A DNA stretch of 64,000 nucleotides, taken from positions 14,525,223-14,589,222 of the forward strand of contig NC_092655.1 in NCBI RefSeq assembly GCF_032118995.1, read 5' to 3'. The stretch's first letter is position 1; each line of letters opens with the position of its first letter. Source of the DNA: Asterias amurensis (taxonomy: Eukaryota). The translations under genes and the position numbers were made by a program. Of the stretch, positions 33,940 through 45,817 are shown piece after piece. Under the pieces are notes generated by a model. The model was not told where the DNA came from. It worked only from the letters and a program-made list of their open reading frames with translations, and did no database searches.

Positions 33940-34221
33940 GTACGCTTCTATTGGAATTATCTTGTATTGGTCATTTATTGACAATTAATTACAGGGCTCA
34001 AACTTTGGCAATAAATCCTTACTGGACTGGGATTTTATTAACAAGACTTGAATCAAAATGAAAAGAGACTAGAGTCAAAATAGAAGCAAAGTTTTAACAT
34101 CTCTACTACTTTAAGAAATAATAGGTGTTAAATTTGCATCGAGGATAAAGAATATTTTTTTTGGTTTTACCCATATATTGTTGCGGTATAGTACCCGCTG
34201 CCAAAACATAGGATTCGAACT

Positions 34222-34385
34222 GCTTCTAGCTACCGGGCAACCTCAGTAGTCTAGTTGGTAAGACACTGCTCTAGAATAATAGAGTAATATGCCTGTGATA
34301 TTTTTTCACAGGACTCGCGGCGAAAGTACTGAGTATACAGTGCTAACACTTATCGGTGTATGGGTTAAAACAAAAATTAATCTTG
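34222..34385 (+). mobile_element. SINE family D (tRNA-like head plus short tail)
   Basis: gggcaacctcagtagtctagttggtaagacactgctctagaataatagagtaatatgcctgtgatattttttcacaggactcgcggcgaaagtactgagtatacagtgctaacac. Confidence 0.55.
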
Positions 34386-34389
34386 TTTT

Positions 34390-34774
34390 AAAGACACTGG
34401 ACACTATTGGTAATTGTCAAAGACCAGTCTTCTCACTTGGTGTATCTCAACATATGCATAAAATAAACCTGTGAAAATTTGAGCTTGATTGGTTGTCGGA
34501 GTTGCAAGATAACTATGAAAGAAAAAAAAACCACCCTTGTCACACGAAGTTGTGTCCTTTTAGATGCTTGATTTCGAGACCTCAAATTATAAATCGGAGG
34601 TCTCGAAATCAAGTTCGTGGAAAATTACTTCTTTCTCGAAAACTACGCCACTTCAGAGGGAGCCGTTTCTCACATTGTTTTATACTATCAACCTCTCCCC
34701 ATTACTCGTTCCCAAGTGAGGTTTTATGCTGATAATTATTTTGAGTCATTGCCAATAGTGTCCACTGCCTTTAA
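34390..34774. mobile_element. MITE family M1 copy
   Basis: taaagacactggacactattggtaattg ... cattgccaatagtgtccactgcctttaag. Confidence 0.7.
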
Positions 34775-34866
34775 GAAAGGTAGACAAAAAAAGAAGACAA
34801 TAAAGAAATACTAGTTATTATTCCAATGATTTTAAAACTACGCTTTTTATTTTGGTTCCCCCTTAG

Positions 34867-34946
34867 CTGGTAAGCCGAAGGTAGAGAAAGCCATGCAGAC
34901 AATCTGCCTGATGCTTGGACCGGATTATATTACAGATATATTAGAA
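34867..34946 (+). CDS. MVP: MVP exon 17
   Basis: (A)GKPKVEKAMQTICLMLGPDYITDILE against MVP [28 protein letters not shown]. Acceptor ccccttag, donor GTAGGT at 34947. Confidence 0.85.
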
Positions 34947-35059
34947 GTAGGTTAAAGGCAAAGTATTCCTTTCGTTTTTGAAACCAATCAATTGTTTTAA
35001 TCCTATATAAATGTAGATGTACACAATAAAACTAATGATAGTAAAAATAATAACCAGTT

Positions 35060-35760
35060 TTTTATATAGCACTTTTCACACCCGAAGGGCGTCTAAAAGC
35101 GCTTCCAACATTATTATTCCTGGTCATTGGGCCTTAATTCATTCCCTAAACCATCTCAGCTCCCTGGGGAGTATACAGCCTGTGCAACATTAAAGCCATT
35201 GGACCCTTTCGGTAAACAGTATTTTCCAAGGCCCACACTTCGTGTATCACAACTTCTATATCAAATAACAAACCTGTGAAAATTTGGGCTTATTCGGTCA
35301 TCGGATTCGGGAGAAAATAACGGGAAAACCCACCCTTGTATCCGCGCGTTTCGCCGTGTCATGACATGTGTTTAAAGTAAATCCGTAATTCTCGTTAACG
35401 AGAATTGATATTGTTTTACTGTTTTCTCAAAAAGTAAAGCATTTCATGGAATAATATTTCAAAAGAAGTATTTCACCACTACCTTCTGTAAACCCTGTAA
35501 GTTATTTGTAAATCTGTGAACTTTTTTGTTTTTTTTCTGTACCGAAAGGGTCCAATGGCTTTAATATGCGCTACTCTGCTAAATCAACCACAAGAACCAT
35601 CTCTGCCCACACAGGTACCCATTTACCCCTGGGTGGAGAGAAGCAATTATAGTTAAGTGTCTAGCTCAGGGACACAAGTGTCCCTCCGAACCACCACCCT
35701 GAACAGAAAGCACTAGAGCTTGAGTTCGGTGGTCTTATCCGCTCAGCCTCGACACCCACA
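35060..35760 (-). mobile_element. SINE family B copy (minus) carrying a nested M6 MITE at 35195-35572
   Basis: SINE-B tail at 35060-35194 (gaagggcgtctaaaagcgcttccaacattattattcctggtcattgggcc...cagcctgtgc). M6 insert flanked by TTAA (ttaaagccattggaccctttcggtaaacag ... ctgtaccgaaagggtccaatggctttaat). SINE-B resumes at 35573-35760 up to the tRNA-like head. Confidence 0.6.
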
Positions 35761-35983
35761 AACTAAAATATTATGAGCAGACATGCTTGTAATATTGGCC
35801 ATTCCCTGAGAGAATTATTTTTAAGTGAAATAAATTGGGAAAAAAAAAAAAAAAAGGTGTCCCCACATGTATGTTTTCAGCTGATTGTTTTCATGACAAA
35901 TTTGTAAGTGGCAAATGGACAAACATAAATTTGTAAAACAGACATTCTTCAAACTCTACTATTTTTTCTGTCGTGCCTTTCAG

Positions 35984-36043
35984 GTTGAAACTTCTGATCA
36001 TGCCAGGCTGAGAGTGAGGATTGCTTTCAACAATTTCTTTGAG
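35984..36043 (+). CDS. MVP: MVP exon 18
   Basis: VETSDHARLRVRIAFNNFFE against MVP [20 protein letters not shown]. Acceptor cctttcag, donor GTAACT at 36044. Confidence 0.93.
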
Positions 36044-36687
36044 GTAACTTTATAAGTCTTTCTTTAATCTCATGACTATAGGGTCATTTGTGCGATTTCT
36101 ATGGATTTTATCAATCTGGGTTTGAACATTTTGGAGCTCTTCTGGTAAATGCAATATATTGATCAAGAGTTGTCGCCAAAGTAGTTGTTTGTTAAAAAAA
36201 AGCCCAATCGTTTCGGAAGAAAAACATTCATTTATGTATTTTTGTTTCCATTTTTTGTTCTTCAGATTTAAACATATACTTTATTGAATGCCCGTTGATC
36301 TTTTCAGATATGAAAATGCAATTTACGACTAGGCGCTTATTTCTTGGCTCTGCTTACCGTAAGCTAAGAGTTGGCGCTATGGAAGCAGGGAATTCCTTGC
36401 TTATGTCAAGCGTATTTCATGGGTTAGCAGGAAATTTTTGCTTGTGTGCGTGCATACTCCACATTACTAGGCGTTCATCACTTACACAGCTACCGCAGAA
36501 ATTCGGTGCTTGCATGTAAGCGCAGAATGCTAATTGTATGTGCAGAATTCGGCGGTAAGCAGAGCCATGATGAGCTGACGATTAGTAACATTTGTTCACA
36601 AAGACTGATCTAAGATATTAGTGAAGTTGAAAGACACATCCAGATACCGTTAAGCCAACTGAAATTGTTTTCAATTGCTTTTTCCAG

Positions 36688-36766
36688 TTTGAACGTGGCA
36701 ATGAAGCATCAGAAAAATCCATCTTTGCTGTTCCTGATTTCATTGGTTTTGCTTGCAGACAAGTGG
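36688..36766 (+). CDS. MVP: MVP exon 19
   Basis: FERGNEASEKSIFAVPDFIGFACRQV(G) against MVP [28 protein letters not shown]. Acceptor tttttccag, donor GTATGT at 36767. Confidence 0.88.
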
Positions 36767-36879
36767 GTATGTTTTCAGTGTTATGTTTTTGGATCTTGTG
36801 ATAAGACAGTTCAAGACAGGAGGAAGTAAATGTACTAAAATATTTTCATTAACACTTTTGAGAAGGAGAGAGTTAAGTA

Positions 36880-37400
36880 ATTTTTGTGACTTTCATAAAG
36901 TTGTTAATCAACCTTATTGGCTTCCCATCACTCACAGAATCATTTTCAAAGTTATGATCCTGATGTATAAAGCATGCTATTTTAAGCAAGCTCCTGGATA
37001 TATCACGGACATGCTCAAATTGAGGTCTCAACAAAGACATCTTCGTTGGTCTACCTAGTGCTCCCTTTTTGTTGGGCCAAGAACTCGCTATTCAACTTTT
37101 GCAGAGAGATCATTCTCCCTATATGCCCCTAAAATGTGGAATTAAGCTTTCTTTTACAAATTTGGTCTGCCGGATCACTTACCTCATTCAAGAGCCTCCT
37201 TAAAGCTCACATGTTTCACTCCTTAGAGCAAACTTTTGATTTTTGGCGCTCAACCATTAAATTTTGATTGATTGTTTGATTGATTGATTGTTTGTTTGTT
37301 TGTTTGTTTGTTTGTTTGTTTGTTTGTTTTTTTGTTTGTATGTATGTTTGATTGATTGATTGATTGATTGATGATTGATTGACTTTTTTTGACTTTGCGA
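36880..37400 (+). repeat. Recurring conserved ORF-like tail repeat copy followed by a complex (GATT)n/(GTTT)n microsatellite
   Basis: ...NQPYWLPITHRIIFKVMILMYKACYFKQAPGYITDMLKLRSQQRHLR... then ...FTKFGLPDHLPHSRAS-like tail. (gattgatt)/(gtttgttt) repeats at 37255-37390. Confidence 0.45.
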
Positions 37401-37756
37401 AAGAAACACTTTATTCATTCACAAAATATACAGAATTTACAAAACATAGAAAACTTAAAAAATAACATTATTAGACAAGAAATGTCTTTTACAAATGACC
37501 TGTCGGTAGCCAGGATTGAAATTACATTCAAGTTAACATAAAAGCAAATACATTAGTACGGCCTTGTAGACAAGGATGAGAAACAAAACTACAGAGGCCA
37601 TTCAATGTCATTGACAATATCTGGGATATGTTGCAGATACCCCATTTCTTGAGGAAAATGGAAGCATTGTTCTGGAACTTGTAGTAGCGGTACTCTGATT
37701 AATTGATTGATTGATTGTATGTTCACTGATGATTGACTGACTGATTGATTGATTGA

Positions 37757-38110
37757 TTATATAGGGTGTCGTGGCTAAGCTTTTAAGAGCATTGAATTCA
37801 AGTTCTGGTGCTAAGTCACAGGAGTGTGGGTTCGAATCCCGGTCATGACACTTGTGTCCTTGAGCAAGATACTTTACTATAATTGCTTCTCTTCACCCAG
37901 GGGTATAAATTGGTACCTGCGAGGGTAGAGGTTGATATTGTGTTTGAAAAAGCCTTCAGAGCGCTACAGTTGCCCCCGGCTGTTGCTCCCCAGGGAGCTG
38001 AGAAAGATTAAAGGAATGTTATTGGCTCAATGAGCAGGGCACTAATGTAAAGCACATTGAGACGTTTATTGTAAATTGCACTATATAAGAACTTGTTATT
38101 ATTATTGATT
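37757..38110 (+). mobile_element. Full-length SINE family C, ending 18 bp upstream of the MVP exon 20 acceptor
   Basis: tRNA-like head gtgtcgtggctaagcttttaagagcattgaattcaagttctggtgctaagtcacaggagtgtgggttcgaatcccggtcatgac, then a body shared with 25360-25625, then the tail ...gaacttgttattattattgattgatttattgttttacag, which runs straight into exon 20. Confidence 0.7.
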
Positions 38111-38127
38111 GATTTATTGTTTTACAG

Positions 38128-38270
38128 GTAGTCGTATCCGTGGAGCTGTTTCTCAAGTGCGGTTTGATGAATTTCATCGCCACTCCAATAAACTACTCCA
38201 GAGGGCAGTGTTTGGTTTAGACGCTAAGGGAAACATGAGGAATAGACTGAAGTTTGAAGCCAATAAATTG
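38128..38270 (+). CDS. MVP: MVP exon 20
   Basis: (G)SRIRGAVSQVRFDEFHRHSNKLLQRAVFGLDAKGNMRNRLKFEANKL against MVP [43 protein letters not shown]. Acceptor ttttacag, donor GTAATG at 38271. Confidence 0.92.
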
Positions 38271-38379
38271 GTAATGACCACATTGTATAATCAGTGCTTT
38301 CTCTGACAGGATGATAACAAGTAAATAACTTTTTTTTGTTCTTGTATTGAGTGGGGTCTCCAGTCGACAAGCTGATGCT

Positions 38380-38625
38380 TTATAGAAAGGTTTGTGGTAA
38401 TACCATGTAATGACTATCTCTAATGAGTTGAGGTGGTTCTGAAAAGAACCGTTGGTTTCAACTCTTGAGTTGAAACCAACAGTACTTTTTAGAACCAACC
38501 CAAGAAAACCAGTTGTTCTTTTCAGAACCACCCCAACTCATTAGAGATAGTCATTACATGGTGTTACCGCAAACCTTTCTATATTGTATTTCCACCATGC
38601 AAAGTTTCAAATCCTACTTAAGCTG
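38380..38625. mobile_element. Palindromic MITE family M8
   Basis: ggtttgtggtaataccatgtaatgactatctctaatgagttgaggtggttctgaaaagaaccgttgg ... ttcagaaccaccccaactcattagagatagtcattacatggtgttaccgcaaacc. Copies at 45270-45495, plus partials at 2990-3120 and 8190-8290. Confidence 0.65.
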
Positions 38626-39024
38626 ATGCTTCTTGGAGACCTCCTTCCTCACTCAATTATCCTAATGTAAAATATATTACATGACTATTTCATCACTTAG
38701 TCTTTGTGTGTTGGAAAAAATTAAAGAAACGAATGATTGAAAAATAAATCAATATTAGCTGACTGTAGAATCATTCTATGTGTGACAAAATAGGAGCACA
38801 GTGTTTGAAATCTCAACCTCAAGTTGTTTTTAGAACTACACTTCCCCCAGTCTCACAAGCAAACAGGTGCTCCATCATAAATAATCCAATGCCCACTCAG
38901 ATGTGTCTATACTGACTGGGACTTGTCAAATTATAATGAGTTTTTTTATTGATCTCGGACCACCCTCATCCTCACTGGCCATGTCATACTGACCATTCCT
39001 GACCAATATAGAAAAGTCGTACAC

Positions 39025-39345
39025 CCGTTTCAGACTGGGGCTCCAGAGTCACGCCGAACCAAATAGATTAGGAGTGACTCTGGGTCGACCCAATTCAATT
39101 TTGGTTTTATACAGGCGAACTTAACGTTACCATTTACATTAGGTTCGGCTCATGACAAGATTGACGTCTGAAACCAAGGTGCTCCAGAGTCGTTCCGACC
39201 GACTGCAACAGTCGATCTTTCGACTTCTAGTTTGTCCACTCGCTCCCAACTGTTTCAGACGTCGAACTTTTCATGTACCTAATTCAGAATTTGGTTCGGT
39301 GCGACTGTGGAGCGCCTGTCTGAAGCGGGTGTTATTTTGCATTCT
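39025..39345. mobile_element. TIR element family M5 (short copy)
   Basis: cacccgtttcagactggggctccagagtcacgccgaaccaaatag ... ggagcgcctgtctgaagcgggtgt. The TIRs are related to those of 790-1445. Confidence 0.5.
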
Positions 39346-39774
39346 CAGTCTTTCTATTCTCTTTTCCGGTTATTAGCCCAGTGCACACTGTGGTCCAAAT
39401 CAGTTTCTCTGCTTCTGCTTTTTTCTTCACTACTCTTTTACTTTACTTGATTATTGGGTCTCAGAATTCATCACTTCAATAATCTATCTTTCTGGAAATT
39501 GGTGTATATACTCAGCGCCTTGAGTACCTTGTTTGGTAGATACATGCGCTATATAAGACTCCAATCTTATTATTATTATTATTATAGCCATACACACTTA
39601 TAAAAATAACTTTTTTTTTTATATAATAGTCCAAAGATAATAGTAAATATATAAGGTTTATTCGTATGAGTTACCAGCCAACTTGTTTGTGACACCTCTA
39701 TTTTGAGTGATACAGTAGCTTCACCATGCAAAACCTTCAAGTAACTTCTGACTACTTATTATTTCTATATTTAG

Positions 39775-39875
39775 GTGATTAGCAATGTTGACATTCAGGG
39801 GATTGAGCCAGTGGATGTCACTATGAGAGACAGTCTGATCAAGTCAGTACAGATGGCTATTGAGATAGCAACCAA
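39775..39875 (+). CDS. MVP: MVP exon 21
   Basis: [33 protein letters not shown](K) against MVP [34 protein letters not shown]. Acceptor atatttag, donor GTAAGC at 39876. Confidence 0.92.
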
Positions 39876-39898
39876 GTAAGCATTAGGCAAGCTGCGTT

Positions 39899-40285
39899 TT
39901 AAAGGCAGTGGACACTATTGGTAATTACTCAAAATAATTATCAGCATAAAACCACACTTGGTAACGAGTAATGGGGAGAGGTTGATAGTATAAAACCTTG
40001 TGAGAAGCGGCTCCCTCTAAAGTGACATAGTTTTCGAGAAAGAAGTAATTTGCCACGAATTTGATTTTGAGACCTCCAGTTTAGAATTGAGGTCTCGAAA
40101 TCAATCCTCTAAAAGCACACAACTTCGTGTGACAAGGGTGTTTTTTCATTTCATTCATATCTCGCAACTTCCACACCCAAATGAGAACAAATTTTCACAG
40201 ATTTTGTTATTTTATGCATATGTTAAGATACACCAAGTGAGAAGACTGGTCTTTGACAATTACCAATAGTGTACACTGTTTTTAA
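39899..40285. mobile_element. MITE family M1 copy, starting 23 bp after the exon 21 donor
   Basis: ttttaaaggcagtggacactattggtaattactc ... attaccaatagtgtacactgtttttaatt. Confidence 0.7.
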
Positions 40286-40962
40286 TTTTTTAATTTTTTC
40301 TATAAGAGACCGCCCCACATCATAAGGCATCCTCATTGGGGCATTTTTCTGTCTTAGGATTTTTAACCCCTATCCTGTGCTGTGCACTGTGGAACAAGCT
40401 GAGGTTACTTGGACTCTAAACTCAAGCCTGGGTAAAATTTCATGCAGCTAAAAGAAAAAGAAGAAAAAAGGGCTTTTCGTTTCATTCTGACTGGTCAGCC
40501 AAATACACCAACATCATATGTGGAAATATGCCAATTGTTCAGTTTACCTACAATCACTGATAGACTGAGTCATTTATTTGTCAATTTTGGTAAGACCTTG
40601 TTTGAATCTGAAAACTACAGGCACTGGCTCCCACCAAACAAAAACAACAACTTGCGGGATGCCAACAAAATGTGCCCCCCAAAATGTAGAACTGGTCGTT
40701 ACAAAAATAGTTGCATTCCATCCCTTGTCCAAGCACTGAACAATAGCTCTTGATTTTTGTTCACTCTGTTGGCTTGCCTTTTGTCCCCAACCCCAACCTT
40801 TTTGTAAGTTTTAAACGTTTCTATTTTTTATGAATCTCTGTATTTTAAACTCAATTCAGCTTGTAGCTGCGATGTTTGAATGTGTTTTAATAAACCAATA
40901 ATAATAATAATAATAAATAAGTAACTTCAGGGTGAGCGCAGGCACGTTAATCCGGAGCAGCA

Positions 40963-41112
40963 GCTGATTTCACAAAATTCTAGGATTGATCCTATCTCAA
41001 AGAAGTAACTCGTCCTTACTTAGGATGGGTTCAATGCGTTCTAACGTCTATGGATACAGAACTTAACTTCTAAGTCTTACGATTAATCCTAAGTTTAGAA
41101 GAGTTTTGTGAA
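40963..41112. mobile_element. Short palindromic MITE (M2-related, TIR GTCGATTTCACAAA) ~90 bp upstream of exon 22
   Basis: gatttcacaaaattctaggattgatcctatctcaaagaagtaactcgtccttacttaggat...gattaatcctaagtttagaagagttttgtgaaatcgacggc. Confidence 0.55.
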
Positions 41113-41199
41113 ATCGACGGCAGGCGTGTTAAAATCTCGCTCTAGACAATTAATTTGTCTTTATTCAACCTTTAACTATTTTTGTATTTGTTTATTCAG

Positions 41200-41380
41200 A
41201 TCAATAGAGAGAGCTGCTGCTCATGATGCTGCCAGGAAGGAGCAAGAAGCCAGAGGGGTCTTGGATCGACAGAAACTGATGAATGAGAACGAAGCTGAGA
41301 AACAGAGGACCTTGCTGTTTGAGTTACAGGCAGAAGCTGCAGCTATAGAGTCTACTGGCCAGGCCAAAGCAGAGGCTCAG
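41200..41380 (+). CDS. MVP: MVP exon 22 (coiled-coil region)
   Basis: (K)[60 protein letters not shown] against MVP [60 protein letters not shown]. Acceptor tttattcag, donor GTATAC at 41381. Confidence 0.93.
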
Positions 41381-44300
41381 GTATACACAACCTTTGCAGA
41401 ATTATCAAAATGGATAACGCTGTATTAACTGAAACTACTGAATTGTCGTGAGGCAAGCTGCAGCTATAGAGTCTACTGGCCAGGCCAAAGCAGAGGCTCA
41501 GGTATACACAACACTTGCAGAATTATCAAAATAGATAACACTGTAATAACTGAAACTACTGACTTGTCGTGAGGCAAGCTGCAGCTATAGAGTCTACTGG
41601 CCAGGCCAAAGCAGAGGCTCAGGTATACACAACACTTGCAGAATTATCAAAATAGATAACACTGTAATAACTGAAACTACTGACTTGTCGTGAGGCAAGC
41701 TGCAGCTATAGAGTCTACTGGCCAGGCCAAAGCAGAGGCTCAGGTATACACAACCTTTACAGAATTATCAAAATAGATAACACTGTAATAACTGAAACTA
41801 CTGAATTGTCGTGAGGCAAGCTGCAGCTATAGAGTCTACTGGCCAGGCCAAAGCAGAGGCTCAGGTATACACAACCTTTACAGAATTATCAAAATAGATA
41901 ACACTGTAATAACTGAAACTACTGAATTGTCGTGAGGCAAGCTGCAGCTATAGAGTCTACTGGCCAGGCCAAAGCAGAGGCTCAGGTATACACAACCTTT
42001 GCAGAATTATCAAAATAGATAACACTGTAATAACTGAAACTACTGAATTGTCGTGAGGCAAGCTGCAGCTATAGAGTCTACTGGCCAGGCCAAAGCAGAG
42101 GCTCAGGTATACACAACCCTTGCAGAATTATCAAAATAGATAACACTGTAATAACTGAAACTACTGAATTGTCGTGAGGCAAGCTGCAGCTATAGAGTCT
42201 ACTGGCCAGGCCAAAGCAGAGGCTCAGGTATACACAACCTTTGCAGAATTATCAAAATAGATAACACTGTAATAACTGAAACTACTGAATTGTCGTGAGG
42301 CAAGCTGCAGCTATAGAGTCTACTGGCCAGGCCAAAGCAGAGGCTCAGGTATACACAACCTTTGCAGAATTATCAAAATAGATAACACTGTATTAACTGA
42401 AACTACTGAATTGTCGTGAGGCAAGCTGCAGCTATAGAGTCTACTGGCCAGGCCAAAGCAGAGGCTCAGGTATACACAACCCTTGCAGAATTATCAAAAT
42501 AGATAACACTGTAATAACTGAAACTACTGAATTGTCGTGAGGCAAGCTGCAGCTATAGAGTCTACTGGCCAGGCCAAAGCAGAGGCTCAGGTATACACAA
42601 CCTTTGCAGAATTATCAAAATAGATAACACTGTAATAACTGAAACTACTGAATTGTCGTGAGGCAAGCTGCAGCTATAGAGTCTACTGGCCAGGCCAAAG
42701 CAGAGGCTCAGGTATACACAACCTTTGCAGAATTATCAAAATAGATAACACTGTATTAACTGAAACTACTGAATTGTCGTGAGGCAAGCTGCAGCTATAG
42801 AGTCTACTGGCCAGGCCAAAGCAGAGGCTCAGGTATACACAACACTTGCAGAATTATCAAAATAGATAACACTGTATTAACTGAAACTACTGAATTGTCG
42901 TGAGGCAAGCTGCAGCTATAGAGTCTACCGGCCAGGCCAAAGCAGAGGCTCAGGTATACACAACCTTTGCAGAATTATCAAAATAGATAACACTGTATTA
43001 ACTGAAACTACTGAATTGTCGTGAGGCAAGCTGCAGCTATAGAGTCTACCGGCCAGGCCAAAGCAGAGGCTCAGGTATACACAACCTTTGCAGAATTATC
43101 AAAATAGATAACACTGTAATAACTGAAACTACTGAATTGTCGTGAGGCAAGCTGCAGCTATAGAGTCTACTGGCCAGGCCAAAGCAGAGGCTCAGGTATA
43201 CACAACCTTTGCAGAATTATCAAAATAGATAACACTGTATTAACTGAAACTACTGAATTGTCGTGAGGCAAGCTGCAGCTATAGAGTCTACTGGCCAGGC
43301 CAAAGCAGAGGCTCAGGTATCAAAAACCCTGGCAGAATTATCAAAATAGATAACACTGTAATAACTGAAACTACTGAATTGTCGTGAGGCAAGCTGCAGC
43401 TATAGAGTCTACTGGCCAGGCCAAAGCAGAGGCTCAGGTATCAAAAACCCTGGCAGAATTATCAAAATAGATAACACTGTAATAACTGAAACTACTGAAT
43501 TGTCGTGAGGCAAGCTGCAGCTATAGAGTCTACTGGCCAGGCCAAAGCAGAGGCTCAGGTATACACAACCCTTGCAGAATTATCAAAATAGATAACACTG
43601 TAATAACTGAAACTACTGAATTGTCGTGAGGCAAGCTGCAGCTATAGAGTCTACTGGCCAGGCCAAAGCAGAGGCTCAGGTATACACAACCTTTGCAGAA
43701 TTATCAAAATAGATAACACTGTAATAACTGAAACTACTGAATTGTCGTGAGGCAAGCTGCAGCTATAGAGTCTACTGGCCAGGCCAAAGCAGAGGCTCAG
43801 GTATCAAAACCCTTGCAGAATTATCATAATGGATACACTGTCTGTAATAACTTAAACTACTGAGTTGTCTTGAAGCAAGCTGCAGCTATAGAGTCTACTG
43901 GCCAGGCCAAAGCAGAGGCTCAGGTATCAAAAACCCTGGCAGAATTATCAAAATAGATAACACTGTAATAACTGAAACTACTGAATTGTCGTGAGGCAAG
44001 CTGCAGCTATAGAGTCTACTGGCCAGGCCTAAGCAGAAGCTCAGGTATACACAACCCTTGCAGAGATATCAAAATAGATTACGCTGTCTGTTATAGCTAA
44101 AACTACCCAAGTTTTCTGAAGCAAGCTGCAGCTATAGAGTCTACTGGCCAGGCCAAAGCAGAGGCTCAGGTATCAAAAACCCTTGCAGAGTTATCAAAAT
44201 AGATAACGCTGTCTGTTATAGCTAAAACTACCCAAGTTTTCTGAAGCAAGCTGCAGCTATAGAGTCTACTGGCCAGGCCAAAGCAGAGGCTCAGGTATAC

Positions 44301-44615
44301 AAAACCCTTGCGGAATTATCAAAATAGATAACGCTGTCTGTTATAGCTAAAACTACCCAAGTTTTCTGAAGCAAGCTGCAGCTATAGAGTCTACTGGCCA
44401 GGCCAAAGCAGAGGCTCAGGTATACAAAACCCTTGCGGAATTATCAAAATAGATAACGCTGTCTGTTATAGCTAAAACTACCCAAGTTTTCTGAAGCAAG
44501 CTGCAGCTATAGAGTCTGCTGGCCAGGCTAAAGCAGAGGCTCAGGTATAAATAACCCTTGCAGAGTTATCAAAATAGATAACGCTATCTGGTATAACTAA
44601 AACTATGGTCAAGCC
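41332..44615 (+). repeat. About 27-unit tandem array of a 120-bp unit made of the last 49 nt of exon 22 plus the first 71 nt of intron 22 (5' splice site duplicated in every unit)
   Basis: Unit: gcaagctgcagctatagagtctactggccaggccaaagcagaggctcag|gtatacacaac.tttgcagaattatcaaaatagataacactgtaataactgaaactactgaattgtcgtgag. Unit 0 is the genuine exon end, which reads gcagaagctgcagct. Subfamilies are visible (gtatacacaacc, gtatcaaaaaccctggcag, and 123-bp units with gctgtctgttatagctaaaactacccaagttttctgaag at the distal end). The ORF track shows no ORF of 60 aa or more across 41428-44753. Confidence 0.9.
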
Positions 44616-44799
44616 ATAGGCATGTACATGTATTTCACCCAATGATATCTCTTTTGCCGTGTTCCATTTTTTCCATTTCTTTCTTAATTTTTTTTTTCTT
44701 GAGTCATGTGCTTCATCTACAGCTGTGGTCTAAATGAAACGGCGGTATATAAATGCCTTTTTGTATTTTATTGTATTTTATTGTATTGTATATGTGCCT

Positions 44800-45235
44800 T
44801 TTGGAAATCAGCCACATCGACCCTTGTATAATAATAATATCAATAATATCGAAGACTTATATAGCGCACGTATCTACCAAACAAGGTACTCAAGGCGCTG
44901 AGTATATACAAACTTTCAGAAAGATGGGTAATTGCAGTGATGAATTTTGAGACCCAATTATTTAGCACCTTATAAGGGTTTACAAGGTACTACGGGCGCA
45001 TACAGCAGCCACAGCCAGGAACACCGGGGCGAACCCCTTCTCTTTTCAAAAAGTACACTGGGTTCTTTTACATGCGTTACAGAACACATGGGACCAACAG
45101 CTTCATGTCCCATCCGACCACTAACCAGAGGGCTCGGAGAAAAGACTGAAGAGGACATACAACCCTCGCTGGGAATCAAACCTGGGCCACAGTGGTGAGA
45201 GGCGAGCGCTTTACATACTAGCCGCCCATTGTAAT
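44800..45235 (-). mobile_element. SINE (family A body with a variant tRNA-like head), minus
   Basis: Reverse complement: body ...cttatatagcgcacgtatctaccaaacaaggtactcaaggcgctgagtatatacaaactttcagaaagatgggtaattgcagtgatgaattttgagacccaattatttagcacc...ggcgaaccccttctcttttc. The head differs from the canonical family A head. Confidence 0.55.
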
Positions 45236-45269
45236 AACATTGCAAACTCACTGATGTCAATCCTAATGC

Positions 45270-45495
45270 TATAGTAAGGTTTGTGGTAACATCATGTTAT
45301 GATAATCTCTAAATGGGTTGGGATGGTTCTGAAAAGAACCATGGGGTTCAACTCAAGGTTTTGATCAGTATGCTCTAACGTAGAATCTCCAGAAGACGAT
45401 CAGACCATTTTGAGATTATCATTACATGGTGTAATTAACCACAAACCTTACTGTATCATATTTCCACCATGCAAAGTATCAAATCCTACTAAACC
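45270..45495. mobile_element. Palindromic MITE family M8 copy, ending ~25 bp upstream of MVP exon 23
   Basis: aaggtttgtggtaacatcatgttatgataatctctaaatgggttgggatggttctgaaaagaaccatgggg ... gaccattttgagattatcattacatggtgtaattaaccacaaacctt. Confidence 0.6.
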
Positions 45496-45519
45496 CTATT
45501 GTTCCTTCGATGTTCACAG

Positions 45520-45711
45520 GCCAGGGCCGAGTCACTCTTGATCGAGTGTCACAGTGCGATTGACTCAGCGAGACTCAAAGCACAAGCTGAAGAGATCATC
45601 CACGGCACCGAGTTAAAAACCCAGAGTCAGCTGCGCATGTCAGAACTCGGCTATAATCAACGCCAGAATGAGATTGAGATAAACAGATTAAACAAACTCT
45701 CCGATATTGAG
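45520..45711 (+). CDS. MVP: MVP exon 23
   Basis: ARAESLLIECHSAIDSARLKAQAEEIIHGTELKTQSQLRMSELGYNQRQNEIEINRLNKLSDIE against MVP [64 protein letters not shown]. Acceptor gttcacag, donor GTAGAT at 45712. Confidence 0.9.
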
Positions 45712-45817
45712 GTAGATTAATTTTTTTTTAATCCTTGCCACACAGATTGCCACTTTGGGTTTGACTTGAACAATGTGTGTGGACAGAAGAAAAACAAGTC
45801 AACATCCGGTTTAAAGC

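Noticed and set aside
41428-44753. Possibility that the 120-bp array in intron 22 encodes an expanded in-frame coiled-coil repeat of MVP
   Set aside because: The exon-derived segment of each unit is 49 nt and carries a 2-bp deletion relative to the genuine exon (gcaagctgcag against gcagaagctgcag). All three forward frames of the unit contain stops, and no ORF of 60 aa or more exists across the array.
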